DNA of 63,803 bases, filler included, from Octopus bimaculoides (lineage: Eukaryota): NCBI RefSeq assembly GCF_001194135.2. It is 9 parts of 9 records of this genome, joined end to end, with 100 filler letters (N's around TTAATTAATTAA, not from the genome) between each part and the next. Parts side by side here need not be neighbours in the genome. Positions count along the whole stretch, not along the records: positions 58,441 to 61,041 come from NC_068981.1; positions 61,142 to 62,499 come from NC_068987.1; positions 62,600 to 63,803 come from NW_026303491.1; 6 more parts are not named here. The stretch is one strand, 5' to 3'. Shown piece after piece: positions 58,627 to 63,803 of this stretch (its first letter is position 1; each line of letters opens with the position of its first letter). A program made the position numbers and the translations under genes. The notes under the pieces were generated by a model. The model had not been told where the DNA came from, ran no database searches, and saw only the letters and a program-made list of their open reading frames with translations.

Positions 58627-59343
58627 CAGTAATACTTCACTTTACGAGACACCCCATTTTAAGTTTTACTTTATAATAAACATAAAAAGCCGAAACGGCT
58701 AGTTTTTATGTGTGGCAACACTGGTTCTGATGCGTCTATACAGCTGCATTTACACTATTATTTTCGGTATTTTTTTAACCCACCCAATATATCTAAACGA
58801 AAAGGTACAATAGACACCGACGGGAACAAAGAGAAACGAAAAGTAATTACTCTTGAAACGAAGTATAAAATTGTAAAAATGCACCACAACGGTACAATTG
58901 TGAGAAACATTTGTGACAAATTTTGTGAAGAACAAAAAAATGCTTCTTCTAAGCAAACAACTCTTGACTTGTTTTTTTTTTTTCTTTTACAGAAATCTAC
59001 AAATCTGTTTACAAATGCACGTGAATCAGCGATTGTGTATACAACTGATGATGTGAGCGAATCTGGTGCGAGTGAAAGTGATTCAGAAAAGAATTATGAT
59101 AATATTTTTATTATAAATAATCTTATCATTCCTTTTACTTTACATACAATATTCTTTAGATTCTATTCTTGCTTTATTGCCATTTATTTATGAGTATTAT
59201 TAATTTTATAAGTAAAATATTATTTTGGGAACTAATTAGGATTTATAACAATGCAACTATGGAAAATTATTGCTCTGTTTTAATAGTTTTCACTTTACGA
59301 GCGGCCTCGGGGACAAATTAACTTATATATCGGGGCATTATTG
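58627..59343 (+). mobile_element. pogo/Tigger-like internally deleted DNA transposon
   Basis: TA-CAGTAATAC terminus, CENP-B-type HTH remnant KRKVITLETKYKIVK, degenerate right TIR GGGGCATTATTG. Confidence 0.65.
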
Positions 59344-59364
59344 CGTGTGTAAATATATATGTGC

Positions 59365-59398
<34 letters not shown>

Positions 59399-60141
59399 TT
59401 AATTAGAGGCTATGCTGACCTTGTGAAGAGATGGATGTATCCAAGGAAATAATGATTCAATATCTTCTAGTTGGGGGGGGGATGAAATCCTCTTAAAACA
59501 ATAGGTATATATTAAGCATATAGTTTATATCTATGTAAAAAAGAAAGAAAAGAAATGCAGTCTTCTTTTCTATTATATANNNNNNNNNNNNNNNNNNNNN
59601 NNNNNNNNNNNNNNNNNNNNNNNNNNNNNNNNNNNNNNNNNNNNNNNNNNNNNNNNNNNNNNNNNNNNNNNNNNNNNNNNNNNNNNNNNNNNNNNNNNNN
59701 NNNNNNNNNNNNNNNNNNNNNNNNNNNNNNNNNNNNNNNNNNNNNNNNNNNNNNNNNNNNNNNNNNNNNNNNNNNNNNNNNNNNNNNNNNNNNNNNNNNN
59801 NNNNNNNNNNNNNNNNNNNNNNNNNNNNNNNNNNNNNNNNNNNNNNNNNNNNNNNNNNNNNNNNNNNNNNNNNNNNNNNNNNNNNNNNNNNNNNNNNNNN
59901 NNNNNNNNNNNNNNNNNNNNNNNNNNNNNNNNNNNNNNNNNNNNNNNNNNNNNNNNNNNNNNNNNNNNNNNNNNNNNNNNNNNNNNNNNNNNNNNNNNNN
60001 NNNNNNNNNNNNNNNNNNNNNNNNNNNNNNNNNNNNNNNNNNNNNNNNNNNNNNNNNNNNNNNNNNNNNNNNNNNNNNNNNNNNNNNNNNNNNNNNNNNN
60101 NNNNNNNNNNNNNNNNNNNNNNNNNNNNNNNNNNNNNNNNN

Positions 60142-60218
<77 letters not shown>

Positions 60219-60344
60219 AGAATGTATATTTAGGAATGTAAATATGACTGTGTGTGTGTGTATATATATATATATATGGTGAAAACGTGTGTGTGGGGAG
60301 GGATTTTATATATGTGTGTGTGTGTGTGTGTGTGCATGTATGTC

Positions 60345-60682
60345 TTTTATCTTTAACAGGTTTCAGTCTTAGATTTCGGCTATGCTGAAGCATTACTTCA
60401 AATAAATTTTGGTCTAACGGATCGAGCCCAGTGATATCTTTTAAAGCGTGGTACTAATTCTATCACTGTCTCTTGCCGAACAGCTAAGTTACGGAAACGC
60501 GCGTGCATCCACACACATACATACACACACACACATCTGTATCTACTAAACTTACTTACAAGACTTTATTAGGCATGAAGTAACAATAGAAGAAACATAC
60601 CCAAGGTACTATGCAGGAGAATTGAACCTAGAATACGTAGTGGGGAAGCAAACGTCTTACCACGAAGTCACGCCTGCGCCTA
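60345..60682 (-). mobile_element. SINE family B, near full length with internal (CA)n
   Basis: Tail TTTCAGTC...CTCTTGCCGAACAGCTAAGTTAC, (CA)n, CCCAAGGTAC...GAACCTAG...CTTACCACGAAGTCACGCCTGCGCC. Confidence 0.8.
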
Positions 60683-61256
60683 CGTATATGTGCATATAGT
60701 TTTGCCGAAGTATATATAAAGACGCATGCCCATATATGTTAAGGGGTGACTGAGGTACACAAAAAAATCTCAATTCACGTCTTCCCGGTGTGTGATAGTG
60801 ACTGCTTTTGTATATGGCCATCTGATATATACTTATCGGATGGCCAATATAGTGTTATATTTTAGTATGCATAGATAATACATATTTCATCTAAATTGAT
60901 AAATGTAACGATAATAACCTCTTTTTCTGATCAGAATTTATGCGTACACACATATATGCATCATTTATGCACCCGTATAAAACACACACATACACACACA
61001 CACACCTCCCTCATATATATATACACACACACATATATATANNNNNNNNNNNNNNNNNNNNNNNNNNNNNNNNNNNNNNNNNNNNTTAATTAATTAANNN
61101 NNNNNNNNNNNNNNNNNNNNNNNNNNNNNNNNNNNNNNNNNCACACACGAACAAATACACATTCGCATACACATGTACACCTCCGATAACACTGAGAGTG
61201 AACAGAATCATTGCATCATAGACACACATACACACACAGAGGCGCATAGAACATAT

Positions 61257-61291
<35 letters not shown>

Positions 61292-62599
61292 ATAGTTCAT
61301 CAGACAACAAATGACAAACCTTTCTTTCTCTTTCACACATGACACATACACACGCACTCGCGACTACAAATGCATACACACGTAAACTGACATAGTTTAA
61401 ACAACAGACATCGCCAGAGAAGGGATTAAGCCACACATATCCATGCATAAATACATGCTCACATTTTTACACTCACTCACACACAAGCACACACACACAC
61501 ACACATACACGAACATACATACAAATATGTAGTAGGCGATCGACACCGATAGACGAGAAACAACCGACTCACATACATACATACACACATACATACATAC
61601 ACACTCTCACATTACGATGAATAATTGTAACAGAACAGATACACGTTCACACGCTCACAAAAACGCACACACACACTCTCACAGAAGCAGACATACACAC
61701 AGAAGTAGATATACATATGTACATAAAGGCACTGCAGACATAATCGTCCCTGTTTATTTATATACACCCAGATGCGTTAATTACATACAGTATTTTACAC
61801 TAACCTTTTGACTATATACACAATACTCACACGAATAGAGACGAGTGCACATTAAAATCAACATACACACACACGGTTATACACGCAACATACAAATACA
61901 TCTGGTAATATAGACACGATAAATGCACACATAACATAGACCAACATTAAAGACAGACACACACACAAGCTAATATATATACTATAATACAATCAGTTTA
62001 AAATTATAGACAGGCACAAGACTTGCGGAGTGAGAGGGTGTCATTTAAATCAATTGGTTAATTAATTTTTTTAAATTAGTAAATATTCGGATAATATAAT
62101 ATAGAATAAAATAACTGCAAGCAATGTAAGAAAGGTTTTAAGATATAAGGCAAGGTAAATATCATTGTTGATTAATTGTTGTTGTTTTTTTACCTGTATA
62201 TCAGCGGGTAATATTTTGTTCTCTTCGTCGCTGTCGTCTTCGTTGTTATTTTAGCTTGGTGTCACACCAAAATTAAAGAACAACTGCAATTGTAGCGATG
62301 TATGTATGTATATATGTGTGTATGTATGTATGTATGTATGTATGTATATATGTATTTACGTGTGGGGGTGCTTTGTTGTTTTGTTATCTTTCTCTGTTTG
62401 TTTGAAGAAAAATATATGAATAGAATAATAATAATAATATCCAGAAACAAGCAGTGATGAAAGTATATAGATATATATTTATATATATATATATATATAN
62501 NNNNNNNNNNNNNNNNNNNNNNNNNNNNNNNNNNNNNNNNNNNTTAATTAATTAANNNNNNNNNNNNNNNNNNNNNNNNNNNNNNNNNNNNNNNNNNNN

Positions 62600-63538
62600 G
62601 GTCTACCTCTTCCACAGGTACCCTCAACCACTAGACTGTGGCACTTTTCCACACAGCTATTCTCGTCCATTCTCACCAAATGACCATACCAGCACAATCG
62701 TCACTCTTGCACACACCAACTGATGCTTCTTAGGTCCAACGTTTCTCTCAAGGTACTTACAATCTGTTGAGTATGCACACTGACATTACACATCCATCAG
62801 AGCATATTGGTTTCATTCCTTGTGAGCTTACACATGTCTTAAGCAGTCACAGCCCATGTTTCACTGCCATGTAGCATGGCTGTTCAAACACATGCGTCAT
62901 ACAGTCTGCCTTTTACTCTGAGTGAGAGGCCTTTGTCCCCAGCAGAGGTATCTAAACTTTGCCCAGGCTATTCTTATTCTAGCAGCTACACTTTCAGCGC
63001 ACCCACCCCCACTACTAACTTGGTCACCCAGATATCGGAAGCTATCAGCCACGTCCAGTTTTTCTCCCTGGAATGTGACAGAAGTTGTTTTCTGCACATT
63101 TTCAGTGTTTATTGCTCCTGAACATCTGCCACATATGAAAACTAATTTCCTAGTTAACCTGCCTTTGATGCTGCTGCACCTCTTATGTGTCCATAGATTG
63201 CACTGGGTACATCTTATAGCGTTTCTACCTATGCTTTTTCTACAGATTGAGCAGATTTTCTACCTGAAGGGATTTGTGGTTTGTCTACCTTTCTACTTAT
63301 TAGGACTTTGGTTTTAGCTAGGTTGACCCTAAGGCCCTTCGATTCTAGTCCTTGCTTCCACACCTGAAACTTCTCCTCTAGTTCTGATTGTGACTCAGCA
63401 ATTAGATCAAGGTCATCAACATAGAGAAGCTCCCAGGGGCATCCTGTCTTGAATTCTTGTGTTATTGCTTGGAGGACTATGATAAATATGAAGGGGCTGA
63501 GGACTGAACCTCGGTGAACCCCTACCACTACCCGGAAT
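62600..63538 (-). mobile_element. 5'-truncated RTE LINE ORF2 with PHD finger inside the RT
   Basis: VGVHRGSVLSP, LLYVDDL, GLRVNLAKTK, CSIC..CTQC..H..C..CGRC, FRYLGD, KGRLYDAC, LHGSETW, RLCWYGH, GRGR; frameshifts and CGA>TGA stops. Confidence 0.95.
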
Positions 63539-63803
63539 TATATATATATATACATATGAAAAACCAACCAAGGGATAGTACCTATCCAATATACTGCTGG
63601 TAGTGTACCCAATTATTCATAGTCAAGTGCTAGTTATTGCATGGCAGTCTCGCAATTGAGTATTATATATGGGAAGGGTAAAAATGTGATTTACCCATGA
63701 TTTATATGGCAAATAAGAAAATGGAGAGGATATTAAATCGACAAGCATCAACTAGTAAACATTCAAGTATGTCTATTTATTCAATTGTATTGGATGAATA
63801 CAC

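Overview
Eukaryotic, AT-rich, gapped draft scaffold (about 20 N gaps), most likely from an octopus genome. That assignment is inferred from the cephalopod-type tRNA/CORE SINEs and the extreme microsatellite load, not from a database search. I could not identify any host protein-coding gene with confidence. Nearly all ORFs in the supplied track are translated microsatellites or N runs. The window is mostly microsatellites plus transposon relics: four tRNA-derived SINE families (labelled A-D here), several RTE-clade LINE fragments, three Penelope-like elements (PLEs), mariner/Tc1/pogo derivatives, a Helitron-like end and an R4/Dong-like endonuclease fragment. Highlights: (1) an RTE LINE family with a complete C4HC3 PHD finger inserted inside the reverse transcriptase, seen in 3 copies and often joined to (TA)n; (2) four well-formed hammerhead ribozyme folds from three unrelated sequence families, including a convergent pair at 23.9-24.5 kb and a variant CUGUUGA core present in two identical copies, plus several decayed motifs; (3) an apparent switch from CpG-eroded to CpG-retaining repeat copies near 31-32 kb, next to a candidate promoter/first exon (ATG|GTGAGT at 32795).
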